Below, one piece after another: positions 9,692 to 18,690 of a stretch of 64,000 nt of DNA. Within the stretch, counting starts at the first letter, position 1, and the number at the start of each line of letters is the position of its first letter. The notes below the pieces were generated by a model that was given only the letters and a program-made list of their open reading frames with translations, made no database searches and was not told the origin of the DNA. The translations under genes were made by a program, and so were the position numbers. Location: the NCBI RefSeq assembly GCF_041642575.1, contig NZ_JBEPWD010000001.1, forward strand, positions 74,749 through 138,748, in the 5' to 3' direction. Origin of the DNA: Salegentibacter sp. Lineage in GTDB: Bacteria; Bacteroidota; Bacteroidia; Flavobacteriales; Flavobacteriaceae.

Positions 9692-10414
9692 ATGTCCAAC
9701 AAAGCATTTCAGTTTAAAGAATTCAAAATAGAGCAGGATCGATGCGCGATGAAGATTGGAACTGACGGAGTCCTCCTTGGCGCATGGACCTCCCTGGAGC
9801 ATCAACCGGATAGCATCCTCGATATTGGAACAGGAACAGGTATAATCGCTTTAATGCTCGCACAGCGCTCCCATGCCCTGCTTATTGATGCCATGGAGAT
9901 AGATGATGATGCTTACGAACAAGCCGTAGAAAATTTTGAGAACAGCGAGTGGAGTGACCGACTCTTCTGCTATCACGCTGCCTTTGATGAATTTGTTGAA
10001 GAAATGCAGGACGAAGAAAAATATGATCTCCTTGTTTCCAATCCGCCTTTTTATGCTGAAGATTATATTTCAGAAAGCACAAGTAGAAATAAAGCTCGTT
10101 TTGTTGAAGCTTTGCCATTTTCAGAATTAGTAGAAGGAGTCTCAAAATTATTAAGTCCGAAAGGGGAATTCAGTGTCATTATTCCGTATAAAGAAGAAAC
10201 AGGTTTTTTAGCCTTAGCCAGAAAGGTTGGTCTTTTTCCGAAGCGAATTACCAGAGTACGGGGAACTGAAACTTCAGAAATAAAAAGAAGTTTAATGAGT
10301 TTTAGTTTCAGAGAAATTCCTATAGAAGAGAATGAACTTATTATTGAAATTTCACGTCATAATTATACAGAAGCCTACAAAAATCTGGTAAAAGACTTCT
10401 ATCTTAAATTATAA
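9692..10414 (+). CDS. yfiC: tRNA1(Val) (adenine37-N6)-methyltransferase
   Basis: FQFKEF...MKIGTDGVLLGAW, LDIGTGTG and SNPPF motifs. Confidence 0.92.
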   Translation: MSNKAFQFKEFKIEQDRCAMKIGTDGVLLGAWTSLEHQPDSILDIGTGTGIIALMLAQRSHALLIDAMEIDDDAYEQAVENFENSEWSDRLFCYHAAFDEFVEEMQDEEKYDLLVSNPPFYAEDYISESTSRNKARFVEALPFSELVEGVSKLLSPKGEFSVIIPYKEETGFLALARKVGLFPKRITRVRGTETSEIKRSLMSFSFREIPIEENELIIEISRHNYTEAYKNLVKDFYLKL

Positions 10415-10471
10415 TCTTAAAATTGTTTGCTATAAAAAGCTTGGCTACATTTGTGTAAAACACTACACAAC

Positions 10472-11647
10472 ATGAAACCAGATTTATTTCAGGCTCCCGA
10501 TTATTTTAATCTCGACGAGCTTTTAACCGATGAACATAAAATGGTTCGCGATGCTGCCCGGGAATGGGTAAAGCGCGAAGTTTCCCCAATAATTGAAGAC
10601 GCAGCCCAAAAAGCCGAATTTCCAAAATCTATAATAGGAGGTTTAGCTGAAATTGGTGCTTTTGGCCCTTATATTCCTGAAGAATACGGTGGAGCCGGAC
10701 TCGACCAGATCTCCTACGGACTCATCATGCAGGAAATTGAACGTGGCGACAGCGGAGTGCGTTCTACCGCATCTGTACAATCTTCCCTGGTGATGTATCC
10801 CATTTTTAAATACGGTACCGAAGAGCAAAAGAAAAAATACCTGCCTAAACTAGCCAGCGGCGAGATGATGGGTTGTTTTGGCCTTACCGAACCCGATTAC
10901 GGTTCTAATCCTGCCGGAATGGTTACTAACTTTAAAGATAAAGGTGATCATTATTTACTTAACGGAGCGAAAATGTGGATCTCCAATGCCCCATTCGCCG
11001 ATATCGCCATAGTTTGGGCTAAAAACGAAGAAGGGCGTATCCACGGCCTTATCGTAGAGCGTGGAATGGAAGGTTTTTCTACTCCTGAAACCCACAACAA
11101 ATGGTCGCTACGCGCCAGTGCTACCGGAGAACTTATTTTTGACAACGTGAAGGTTCCCAAAGAAAATTTAATGCCGAATAAAAGTGGACTTGGTGCCCCA
11201 CTCGGTTGTCTTGATTCAGCGCGGTTCGGAATTGCCTGGGGAGCAATAGGCGCTGCGATGGATTGTTATGACACCGCTTTGAGGTATGCCAAAGAGCGGG
11301 TTCAATTCGATAAACCCATTGCGGGAAAACAACTACAGCAGAAAAAACTGGCTGAAATGATCACCGAAATCACAAAAGCTCAACTAATGGCATGGAGACT
11401 TGGGGTTTTGCGAAATGAAGGCAAAGCTACTTCATCCCAGATATCCATGGCAAAAAGGAATAATGTAGAAATGGCTATTAACATTGCCAGAGAAGCAAGA
11501 CAGATTTTAGGTGGAATGGGAATTACCGGCGAGTACAGTATTATGCGTCATATGATGAACCTGGAAAGCGTTATTACTTACGAAGGTACTCACGATATTC
11601 ATCTACTAATTACCGGAATGGATATTACCGGCATGCCGGCTTTTTAA
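10472..11647 (+). CDS. gcdH: Acyl-CoA dehydrogenase, glutaryl-CoA dehydrogenase type
   Basis: ERGDSGVRS, GCFGLTEPDYGS and NLESVITYEGTHDIH motifs. ATG at 10472; TACATTTG promoter element at 10446-10453. Confidence 0.88.
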   Translation: MKPDLFQAPDYFNLDELLTDEHKMVRDAAREWVKREVSPIIEDAAQKAEFPKSIIGGLAEIGAFGPYIPEEYGGAGLDQISYGLIMQEIERGDSGVRSTASVQSSLVMYPIFKYGTEEQKKKYLPKLASGEMMGCFGLTEPDYGSNPAGMVTNFKDKGDHYLLNGAKMWISNAPFADIAIVWAKNEEGRIHGLIVERGMEGFSTPETHNKWSLRASATGELIFDNVKVPKENLMPNKSGLGAPLGCLDSARFGIAWGAIGAAMDCYDTALRYAKERVQFDKPIAGKQLQQKKLAEMITEITKAQLMAWRLGVLRNEGKATSSQISMAKRNNVEMAINIAREARQILGGMGITGEYSIMRHMMNLESVITYEGTHDIHLLITGMDITGMPAF

Positions 11648-11844
11648 TCAGAAATTTCAGAATTTTCCAATAGGTCAAAACAAGGGCAGCGCTTACAGCG
11701 TTTGCCCTTTTTGTATTTTTCACAGCACTCGGTTTTGAGAGCTTTTGGCTCTTTTGCCACCACTCCATCCAACTGCAAATAATCCTTTGATTTGTTGGAA
11801 TAGAATACCAGGATATTAAAAGAGTACATCACCTGCCTTTTCAT
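11644..11844 (-). CDS. Small Cys-rich protein (CCEKYKKGKRCKRCPC), function unknown
   Basis: 66-aa ORF with a clustered 5-Cys motif, co-oriented downstream of ferredoxin. The start could be Met6 (11829). Confidence 0.6.
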   Translation of the reverse strand: MKRQVMYSFNILVFYSNKSKDYLQLDGVVAKEPKALKTECCEKYKKGKRCKRCPCFDLLENSEISD

Positions 11845-11907
11845 TTACTTTAATAACCTTCTATAAAAAACGTTTGAAAAAATCCTCAATCGTTTTAATC
11901 AATTCAA

Positions 11908-12243
11908 TTAAGGTACTTCAGGAGCTATTTTCACTTCCAGGCCATCAAGCTCTTCGGTAATGGGCACCTGGCAGCTTAAGCGGCTGTTATCCTGAACAAA
12001 AAAAGCCTGATCCAGCATATCTTCCTCTTCGTAGCTTTTTTCAGGTAACAAATGTTCGTAATTAAGCATATAACATTGACAGGATGCACACATAGCCATT
12101 CCGCCACAAATCCCAATAGTACCTTCCGGAGCCAACTCAAAAGAGCGAATAACTTCCATCAGGTTCATATTCATATCAGTAGGAGCATTTACCCGGTGAG
12201 CCTCACCTTTCCTATCAATTATGGTGATCTTAATATCTGACAT
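11908..12243 (-). CDS. [2Fe-2S] ferredoxin (adrenodoxin/putidaredoxin type)
   Basis: CGGMAMCASC...RLSC cysteine pattern. Confidence 0.93.
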   Translation of the reverse strand: MSDIKITIIDRKGEAHRVNAPTDMNMNLMEVIRSFELAPEGTIGICGGMAMCASCQCYMLNYEHLLPEKSYEEEDMLDQAFFVQDNSRLSCQVPITEELDGLEVKIAPEVP

Positions 12244-12246
12244 TCC

Positions 12247-13308
12247 TTAATTTATGCTTTTTACAACCTCTCTTTTAGCCTCTTTTTTACTTCCATCAAA
12301 ACCATTAATCCCGCTCACCGTAGTGTATTTCATTACATATTTTTTCTCTGGAAAAATACGCTGATAGGCACTCTGGCACATTATCGCGGCTTCGTGAAAA
12401 CCACAAAGAATAAGTTTTAACTTTCCGGGGTAGGTATTCACATCGCCAATGGCATAAATGCCGGGGATATTGGTTTGATAATCGTAAGTATTATCAACCT
12501 TGATGGCATTTTTCTCAATTTCCAGTCCCCAATCGGCGATTGGGCCAAGTTTAGGCGAAAGGCCAAATAATGGAATAAAATAATCGGTTTCTTTAATTTC
12601 CTTTTCTGAAGCCTCACTACGACGTGTAATTACAACACTTTCAAGAGTTTCATCTCCCTTAAGGTCAGTAACCTCCGCTTCGGTGATGAGCTTAACCTTT
12701 CCTTCTTTGGAGAGTTTCTCTACTTTTTCTACAGAATCCAAGGCGCCACGGAAATCCTTTCGGCGATGAACCAGGGAAACTTCCGAAGCAATTTCAGCAA
12801 GATAAATAGACCAGTCTAATGCTGAATCTCCTCCCCCAGCAATTACAACTTTTTTATCACGGTATATCTCCGGATCACGGATAATATAAGCTACTCCCTT
12901 ATCTTCGTATTGCTGGATGTTAGTAATTGGGGGTTTTCTAGGTTCGAAACTACCAAGACCACCGGCTATAACCACAACGGGAGCATGGTGTTTTGTGCCT
13001 TTACTAGTGGTAACGATAAAACTACCGTCTTCCTGTTTTTCTATGGTTTCTGCCCTTTCCCCTAAAGTAAAGCCGGGTTCAAAAGGCTTAATTTGTTCCA
13101 TTAAATTATCTACAAGATCCCCTGCGAGTATTTCTGGAAATCCGGGAATATCGTAAATAGGTTTTTTGGGATAGATCTCTGAACATTGGCCGCCAGGTTG
13201 AGCTAATGCATCAATTAGATGACATTTTAATTTTAATAATCCGGCTTCAAAAACGGCAAAAAGTCCTGTTGGTCCGGCACCAATGATAAGTATATCGGTT
13301 TTAATCAT
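12247..13308 (-). CDS. Thioredoxin-reductase-fold ferredoxin--NADP+ reductase (YumC-like)
   Basis: GAGPTG, YPKKPIYDIPG, GGGDSA, GIYAIGD motifs; no catalytic CxxC. Confidence 0.88.
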   Translation of the reverse strand: MIKTDILIIGAGPTGLFAVFEAGLLKLKCHLIDALAQPGGQCSEIYPKKPIYDIPGFPEILAGDLVDNLMEQIKPFEPGFTLGERAETIEKQEDGSFIVTTSKGTKHHAPVVVIAGGLGSFEPRKPPITNIQQYEDKGVAYIIRDPEIYRDKKVVIAGGGDSALDWSIYLAEIASEVSLVHRRKDFRGALDSVEKVEKLSKEGKVKLITEAEVTDLKGDETLESVVITRRSEASEKEIKETDYFIPLFGLSPKLGPIADWGLEIEKNAIKVDNTYDYQTNIPGIYAIGDVNTYPGKLKLILCGFHEAAIMCQSAYQRIFPEKKYVMKYTTVSGINGFDGSKKEAKREVVKSIN

Positions 13309-13339
13309 TCTTCTTTTTCATTTTAGGAAACCTAGCGGC

Positions 13340-13582
13340 TTACCTTTCAATATTTACAACCTGCTCAATTTGCGGAACGTATTTTTTAATGGTCATTTCC
13401 ACACCAGATTTTAGGGTCATTTGGTTTACCGTACAACCCACACAGGCCCCCTCTAACTGTACTTTCACCAACCGGTCATCTTCGATAGAGACCAAAGAAA
13501 TATTGCCTCCATCACTTTCCAGAAAGGGTCGAATTTCAGCAAGAGCTTTTTCTACATTTAGTCTGATTTCTTCGCTTGTCAT
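13340..13582 (-). CDS. NifU/NfuA C-terminal domain Fe-S carrier
   Basis: IRPFLESDGGNI and GACVGC (CxxC). Confidence 0.92.
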   Translation of the reverse strand: MTSEEIRLNVEKALAEIRPFLESDGGNISLVSIEDDRLVKVQLEGACVGCTVNQMTLKSGVEMTIKKYVPQIEQVVNIER

Positions 13583-14716
13583 CTATTTTTTATTAACGGC
13601 ACTACAACCGGCCATAGTGGTGATTTTAATTGCTTCGGTAGGTGGCAAACTCTGATTACGATTTACCGTTTGCTGAACCATATTCCTGGTAATCTCCTCA
13701 AATGCAGCTTCAATTGGGGTTGCAGTTTGAAGAGCAGCAGGCCTTCCAATATCTCCAGATTCTCTCAGGCTCTGTACTAACGGGATCTCACCGAGGAACG
13801 GAGTTTCAAGATCTTCAGCCAGGTTTCTTGCACCGTGCTTTCCGAAGATATAATATTTGTTTTCCGGCAGCTCATCAGGTGTGAAATATGCCATATTCTC
13901 AACTATTCCTAAAACAGGAACGTTTATGCTATCCTGACGGAACATAGCCACTCCTTTTCTGGCATCGGCTAAAGCAACATTTTGCGGGGTGCTAACCACT
14001 ACTGCTCCCGTAATTGGCAAAGACTGCATGATAGAAAGGTGGATATCACCTGTACCTGGAGGAAGGTCGATTAACAGAAAGTCAAGTTCTCCCCAGGCCG
14101 CATCAAAGATCATTTGATTAAGGGCCTTGGCAGCCATAGGACCACGCCAGACTACAGCCTGATTTGGCTGTGTAAAGAAACCAATGGAAAGTATTTTTAC
14201 GCCATAGTTTTCAACGGGTTTCATTTTAGATTTCCCGTCAATATTTACAGAAAGAGGTTTCTCAGCCTCTACATCAAACATAATCGGTGCTGAAGGGCCG
14301 TAGATATCAGCATCCAAAAGACCCACTTTAAAGCCCATTTTAGACAATGTTACCGCCATATTTGCAGTAACCGTAGATTTCCCAACGCCGCCTTTTCCTG
14401 AGGCTACAGCAATAATATTACTGATTCCAGGAATTTGTTTTCCTTTAATCTCAGGTTTTTTATCAGGAGCATCAACTTTTATATTTACTTTCACTTTGGC
14501 TTTCTGGTAAACATGCTCATGAATGGCTTTCAGCACATCCACCTCAGCACGTTTTTTAATATGAAGCGCGGGGGTATTGATCACAAGATCTACAACCACC
14601 TCGTCCCCAAAGGTCATGACATTTTGAACAGCACCGCTTTCTACTATATTTTTGCCTTCACCGGCAACGCTTATAGTTTCAAGGGCTTTAAGGATATCTT
14701 TTCTATCTAATTTCAT
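13583..14716 (-). CDS. mrp: Mrp/NBP35 (ApbC) Fe-S cluster carrier ATPase
   Basis: SGKGGVGKST, DADIYGPS, DLPPGTGD motifs; N-terminal DUF59-like domain. Confidence 0.95.
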   Translation of the reverse strand: MKLDRKDILKALETISVAGEGKNIVESGAVQNVMTFGDEVVVDLVINTPALHIKKRAEVDVLKAIHEHVYQKAKVKVNIKVDAPDKKPEIKGKQIPGISNIIAVASGKGGVGKSTVTANMAVTLSKMGFKVGLLDADIYGPSAPIMFDVEAEKPLSVNIDGKSKMKPVENYGVKILSIGFFTQPNQAVVWRGPMAAKALNQMIFDAAWGELDFLLIDLPPGTGDIHLSIMQSLPITGAVVVSTPQNVALADARKGVAMFRQDSINVPVLGIVENMAYFTPDELPENKYYIFGKHGARNLAEDLETPFLGEIPLVQSLRESGDIGRPAALQTATPIEAAFEEITRNMVQQTVNRNQSLPPTEAIKITTMAGCSAVNKK

Positions 14717-14812
14717 CTTGATATATTTTAAGCATAAGGTCTGTGCTTTGCCGCATAAATGTCCCAGTCCTTACAATCAATTCTATTAATAAAGTCAACA
14801 GGAATCAACCTT

Positions 14813-14831
14813 ATGTAGACTGATTCTAAAT
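14813..14831. promoter_or_regulatory. Fur-like palindromic box at the mrp operon start site
   Basis: ATGTAGACTGATTCTAAAT matches ATTTAGAATnATTCTAAAT at 16/18 positions and lies next to the -7 box TATATTTG (minus strand, 14833-14840). Confidence 0.65.
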
Positions 14832-14903
14832 GCAAATATAGGTGGAAAAGCTAAGAAAACGAAGTATTTGACTATAATTGATTTATGGTGTAATAAGCCC
14901 GAA

Positions 14904-15242
14904 TTATGGATTCAAATTAACCGGCGGATCCCAGAAATATTTATCAAAATCCTCCACCTTATTATCGCTTACGAGCACACCTTCTGCTTCCAGGGAATTT
15001 TGCATGGCATTACTATCTCCAAAATGATGTTTTCCACTAAGAAGTCCAATGCGGTTTACCACCCGATGTGCCGGAACATCTTCAAGTTTATGAGAAGCAT
15101 TCATCGCCCAGCCAACCATCCTGGCGCTTTGCGGCGAACCGATTGCCTTAGCGATGGCTCCATAAGAAGTTACTCTACCGTAAGGTATTTGCCGAACAAG
15201 TTCGTAGACCTTCTCAAAGAAATTCTTTTCCCCGGAGATCAT
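14904..15242 (-). CDS. Alkyltransferase-like (ATL/YbaZ) O6-alkylguanine-binding protein
   Basis: IPYGRVTSYG...ARMVG...PAHRVV; the catalytic Cys of PCHRV is replaced by Ala. Confidence 0.88.
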   Translation of the reverse strand: MISGEKNFFEKVYELVRQIPYGRVTSYGAIAKAIGSPQSARMVGWAMNASHKLEDVPAHRVVNRIGLLSGKHHFGDSNAMQNSLEAEGVLVSDNKVEDFDKYFWDPPVNLNP

Positions 15243-15862
15243 AAATAATAAATTCTGAGAATTGTTATAATGACTAAGATAAGCATCAGGCTGGCCATGA
15301 AATAATTGGAATATTCTGAAAATTGTTCAGCGTACTTTTCAATTTTAATAAAAGACAGGACATACAAATAAAGTGTAGTGAAGCTTCCAAGGGCCGCCGC
15401 TAAGACAAAGGCAAAGATCAAAGACCATTCATAGGTTACTCCCACTCCCAAATTAAGCGCTCCTGCAATAGCAACAAAATATGGGATGGGAAACAAATTA
15501 AGAACAGATATCAACATGCCTTTAAAAATACTATTGGCATTTGCTTTATGGGTAGTGTGTTCTATTTCTCCGCGCCTTTTAGCCATTAACAAAAAATATA
15601 TGCCTAACAGAATAAAAATCACAAGGCCAGCCCGCAATAGTATGCTCTGTACGAAAATGTTATCAAAAATATATTTAGCAAGGAGTACGGCAATCAGAGC
15701 TTGTAATAATACAACACTGGAAGCTCCTAAAGCCACATAAAGACCGTTGCGCTTTCCATGTTCCACACAGGTTTTGGCAACAGTCATATTAACAAGACCT
15801 GGAGGTATTACTCCGATAAGGGCAGCAAAATAGGTGATTAGAAAGAGTTTAGTTTCCTCCAA
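15239..15862 (-). CDS. LysE-family translocator
   Basis: Hydrophobic protein with an N-terminal GVIPPGLVN motif. Confidence 0.75.
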   Translation of the reverse strand: MEETKLFLITYFAALIGVIPPGLVNMTVAKTCVEHGKRNGLYVALGASSVVLLQALIAVLLAKYIFDNIFVQSILLRAGLVIFILLGIYFLLMAKRRGEIEHTTHKANANSIFKGMLISVLNLFPIPYFVAIAGALNLGVGVTYEWSLIFAFVLAAALGSFTTLYLYVLSFIKIEKYAEQFSEYSNYFMASLMLILVIITILRIYYL

Positions 15863-15868
15863 AAGGCG

Positions 15869-16543
15869 CTATTTTATCCTAAATTGAATATAGGTAATAG
15901 GTTTTCCCTGTTCAAGATACTGTTTTTCGTAGAAAGTCTGGATGTCTCTTACCTCTTTTGGAGAGTATTCGTTTTTATAAATATCATGATGAGCATAAAG
16001 TATCTCCTGGCCCTGCCCGTGTAACAGCCCCAGGGTGTAGCCGTGCATAAATTCGCTGTCGGTTTTCAAATTCACGAGCCCTTCTGGTTTTAAAATATGC
16101 TTATACTTTTCCAGGAATGCAGCGTTAGTCAACCGATGCTTGGTACGCTTATATTTTATCTGTGGGTCAGGGAAGGTTATCCAGATTTCATCGATCTCAT
16201 TTTCGGCAAAGATCTTGTCGATAAGTTCTATTTGAGCTCTCACAAAAGCGACATTCCCCAGTTTATCTTCCATTGCAGTTTTAGCTCCTCTCCAAAACCG
16301 GGCACCCTTAATATCTATCCCTATAAAATTCCTATCGGGATAATATTCTGCAAGTCCTACACTGTACTCGCCTTTTCCGCATCCCAGTTCTAAAACAATA
16401 GGATTGTCATTTTTAAAGAATTCTTTTCGCCATTTCCCTTTTAAACTGAAATCATCCTTTTCCAATATATCTCTGGATGGCTGAATAACATTTTCAAAGC
16501 TTTCGTTTTCCTTAAATCGTTTTAATTTATTTTTACTACCCAC
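15869..16543 (-). CDS. trmB: tRNA (guanine46-N7)-methyltransferase
   Basis: LELGCGKGE, IWITFPDP and LKTD motifs. Confidence 0.96.
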   Translation of the reverse strand: MGSKNKLKRFKENESFENVIQPSRDILEKDDFSLKGKWRKEFFKNDNPIVLELGCGKGEYSVGLAEYYPDRNFIGIDIKGARFWRGAKTAMEDKLGNVAFVRAQIELIDKIFAENEIDEIWITFPDPQIKYKRTKHRLTNAAFLEKYKHILKPEGLVNLKTDSEFMHGYTLGLLHGQGQEILYAHHDIYKNEYSPKEVRDIQTFYEKQYLEQGKPITYIQFRIK

Positions 16544-16608
16544 AGCTTGTTTGAAATTTTGACAAAATTAAGGAAATTAGCCAACAGAAGTAATATATAA
16601 TAATATAT

Positions 16609-17673
16609 ATGAAGAAGAAGCGAATTTTGGTTGCGGCGCTTAACTGGGGATTAGGTCACGCCACGCGTTGTATTCCAATTATCAACGGATTGATCGCTCA
16701 TGGTTATGAACCAATAATAGCTTCAGATGGGGCTGCTCTTTCCTTGCTAAAAAAGGAGTTTCCTGATCTCCAGGCAGAAGAACTCCCTTCATATAATATT
16801 GAATATTCCGCCGCGCCTAATTTGTTAAAATGGAAACTGTTTTTAGAAAGCCCCAGAATAATAAAGGTCATTAAGGCTGAAAAAAAGGAAACAAAAAGGC
16901 TGGTAGAAAAATACAACTTAAACGGAATAATTTCTGATAATCGTTTGGGAGTGCGCTACAGGCATCTTAAATGTGTTTTTATCACGCACCAGCTCAATGT
17001 GCTTTCCGGCAACACAACCTGGTTAAGCAGTAAACTCCACCAAAAGTATATTCGGAAATTTGATGAATGTTGGGTGCCTGATCTTCCCGGCTCAAAAAAC
17101 CTGAGCGGATTTTTGGGCCATATGAAAAAGACTCCCGAAGAAGTAAAATATATGGGCCCGTTAAGCAGGTTCAGCAAAAAAGATATTCCGAAAAATTTTA
17201 AAATAATGATTCTTCTCTCAGGCCCGGAACCTCAACGTTCCATTCTGGAAAAGATTTTACTTCAGGAATTTAAGGAGACTTCAGAAAAAACTCTTTTTGT
17301 GAGAGGTGTTTTGGAAGAGAGCGAGTTTATTACTCAAATGAACAACCCTAATTTGGAGATCAGAAATTATCTTTTTGGAGAAGAGTTGGAAAAGGACCTA
17401 AACTCCAGTGAAATAATAGTCTGCAGATCTGGTTACACTAGCATAATGGACCTTTCAAAGCTTGAAAAAAAAGCATTTTTGATCCCCACACCCGGGCAAT
17501 TCGAACAGGAATACCTAGCAGAGCGTCTCGATAAACTGGGAGTTGCTCCGTTTTGCACTCAAAGCAAATTTAAGATTTCCGAATTAGAAAGATTAAAGAG
17601 TTTTAGCGGTTTTCGAGACTTTGGGTTTGTTACCGACTTTGGTGATCTTTTTACTCTTTTCAAGGGTAAATGA
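16609..17673 (+). CDS. GT-B fold glycosyltransferase (GT28/MurG-like C-terminal domain)
   Basis: WGLGHATR, IISDNR, CRSGYTS and PTPGQFEQ motifs. Confidence 0.85.
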   Translation: MKKKRILVAALNWGLGHATRCIPIINGLIAHGYEPIIASDGAALSLLKKEFPDLQAEELPSYNIEYSAAPNLLKWKLFLESPRIIKVIKAEKKETKRLVEKYNLNGIISDNRLGVRYRHLKCVFITHQLNVLSGNTTWLSSKLHQKYIRKFDECWVPDLPGSKNLSGFLGHMKKTPEEVKYMGPLSRFSKKDIPKNFKIMILLSGPEPQRSILEKILLQEFKETSEKTLFVRGVLEESEFITQMNNPNLEIRNYLFGEELEKDLNSSEIIVCRSGYTSIMDLSKLEKKAFLIPTPGQFEQEYLAERLDKLGVAPFCTQSKFKISELERLKSFSGFRDFGFVTDFGDLFTLFKGK

Positions 17674-18690
17674 AAATTCACTTCCAACACCAAAGACGCT
17701 GTCCACATAGATTTTTTCGTTATGCGCTTCAATGATATGTTTGACGATAGAAAGACCTAAGCCGGAGCCACCTTCCTTACGGCTTCCGCTCTTGTCCACC
17801 CGATAGAATCGTTCAAAAAGCCGGGGAATATTTTCTTTTTCTATTCCTTCACCGTTATCAGTAATTCTCACAATCACCTTATTTTTAATGAGATTTTCGA
17901 TGCTAACCTCGGTGGTCCCTCCTTTTTTTCCGTACTTAATTGAATTCACAATGAGATTGGAAACCACTTGCTGAATCCGGTCGCGGTCCGCTCGAACCAT
18001 CACCGGCCGATCGTAAGGCATATCGAAAACAAGGGTTATATTCTTCTTTGCAGCTTTCATCTCGAGCAGGTCGAAGGAGTTTTGAACAAGCTCAACGATA
18101 TTGAAATCTTCCATATTAAGATGTAATTCTCCCGCCTCAAGTTTGGTGATCATATCCAGATCTTTTACGATATAGATAAGGCGTTCTACACCTTTGTTAG
18201 CACGTTGCAAATATTTTTTTCTAACGGCCTTATCCTTAATCGCCCCGTCCAGGAGCGTAAGGATGTACCCCTGAACCGTAAACAAAGGAGTTTTCAATTC
18301 ATGGGAGACATTTCCCATAAATTCCTTTCGATAAGCCTCCCTAACTTTAAGAGTTTCGATCTCGAGTTTATTATACTCGGCAAATCTTTCTACTTCACGG
18401 GTAAGTGACGCCATATCTGTAGTGACCTGGCTGGGGTTAAGTGTAGTTGAGTCCAGCAGGGAAACATTATCATAGATCTTTTTAATCCGTTTATAGATAA
18501 AATGCTCTACTCTGTATTGTATGATGAAAAAGGAAAAAAGGTAAGTTAAAAGCCCTAGAATCAGGACCGGAAACCACTCAAAGCCTGTAGTAAAATGAGC
18601 ATACAAGCCTACAGCTACCGAAAGAAAAACGGTAATATAGATTGAAGTTTTAATCGCAAATTTATATGAGCGTTTAAATTTTTTTGCCAT
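17593..18690 (-). CDS. Sensor histidine kinase, PhoR-like
   Basis: Two N-terminal TM segments; H-box SHELKTPLF, N-box NSIKYG, DNGEGI, GSGLGL. Confidence 0.9.
   Translation of the reverse strand: MAKKFKRSYKFAIKTSIYITVFLSVAVGLYAHFTTGFEWFPVLILGLLTYLFSFFIIQYRVEHFIYKRIKKIYDNVSLLDSTTLNPSQVTTDMASLTREVERFAEYNKLEIETLKVREAYRKEFMGNVSHELKTPLFTVQGYILTLLDGAIKDKAVRKKYLQRANKGVERLIYIVKDLDMITKLEAGELHLNMEDFNIVELVQNSFDLLEMKAAKKNITLVFDMPYDRPVMVRADRDRIQQVVSNLIVNSIKYGKKGGTTEVSIENLIKNKVIVRITDNGEGIEKENIPRLFERFYRVDKSGSRKEGGSGLGLSIVKHIIEAHNEKIYVDSVFGVGSEFSFTLEKSKKITKVGNKPKVSKTAKTL

Noticed and set aside
14740-14775. AGGACUGGGAC and GGCAAAGC in the mrp leader recall SAM-I and c-di-GMP-I riboswitch fragments
   Set aside because: The remaining conserved cores (AUC..GAU P1 for SAM-I; paired GNRA/receptor layout for c-di-GMP-I) are missing. 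Kept only as a generic structured-leader candidate.
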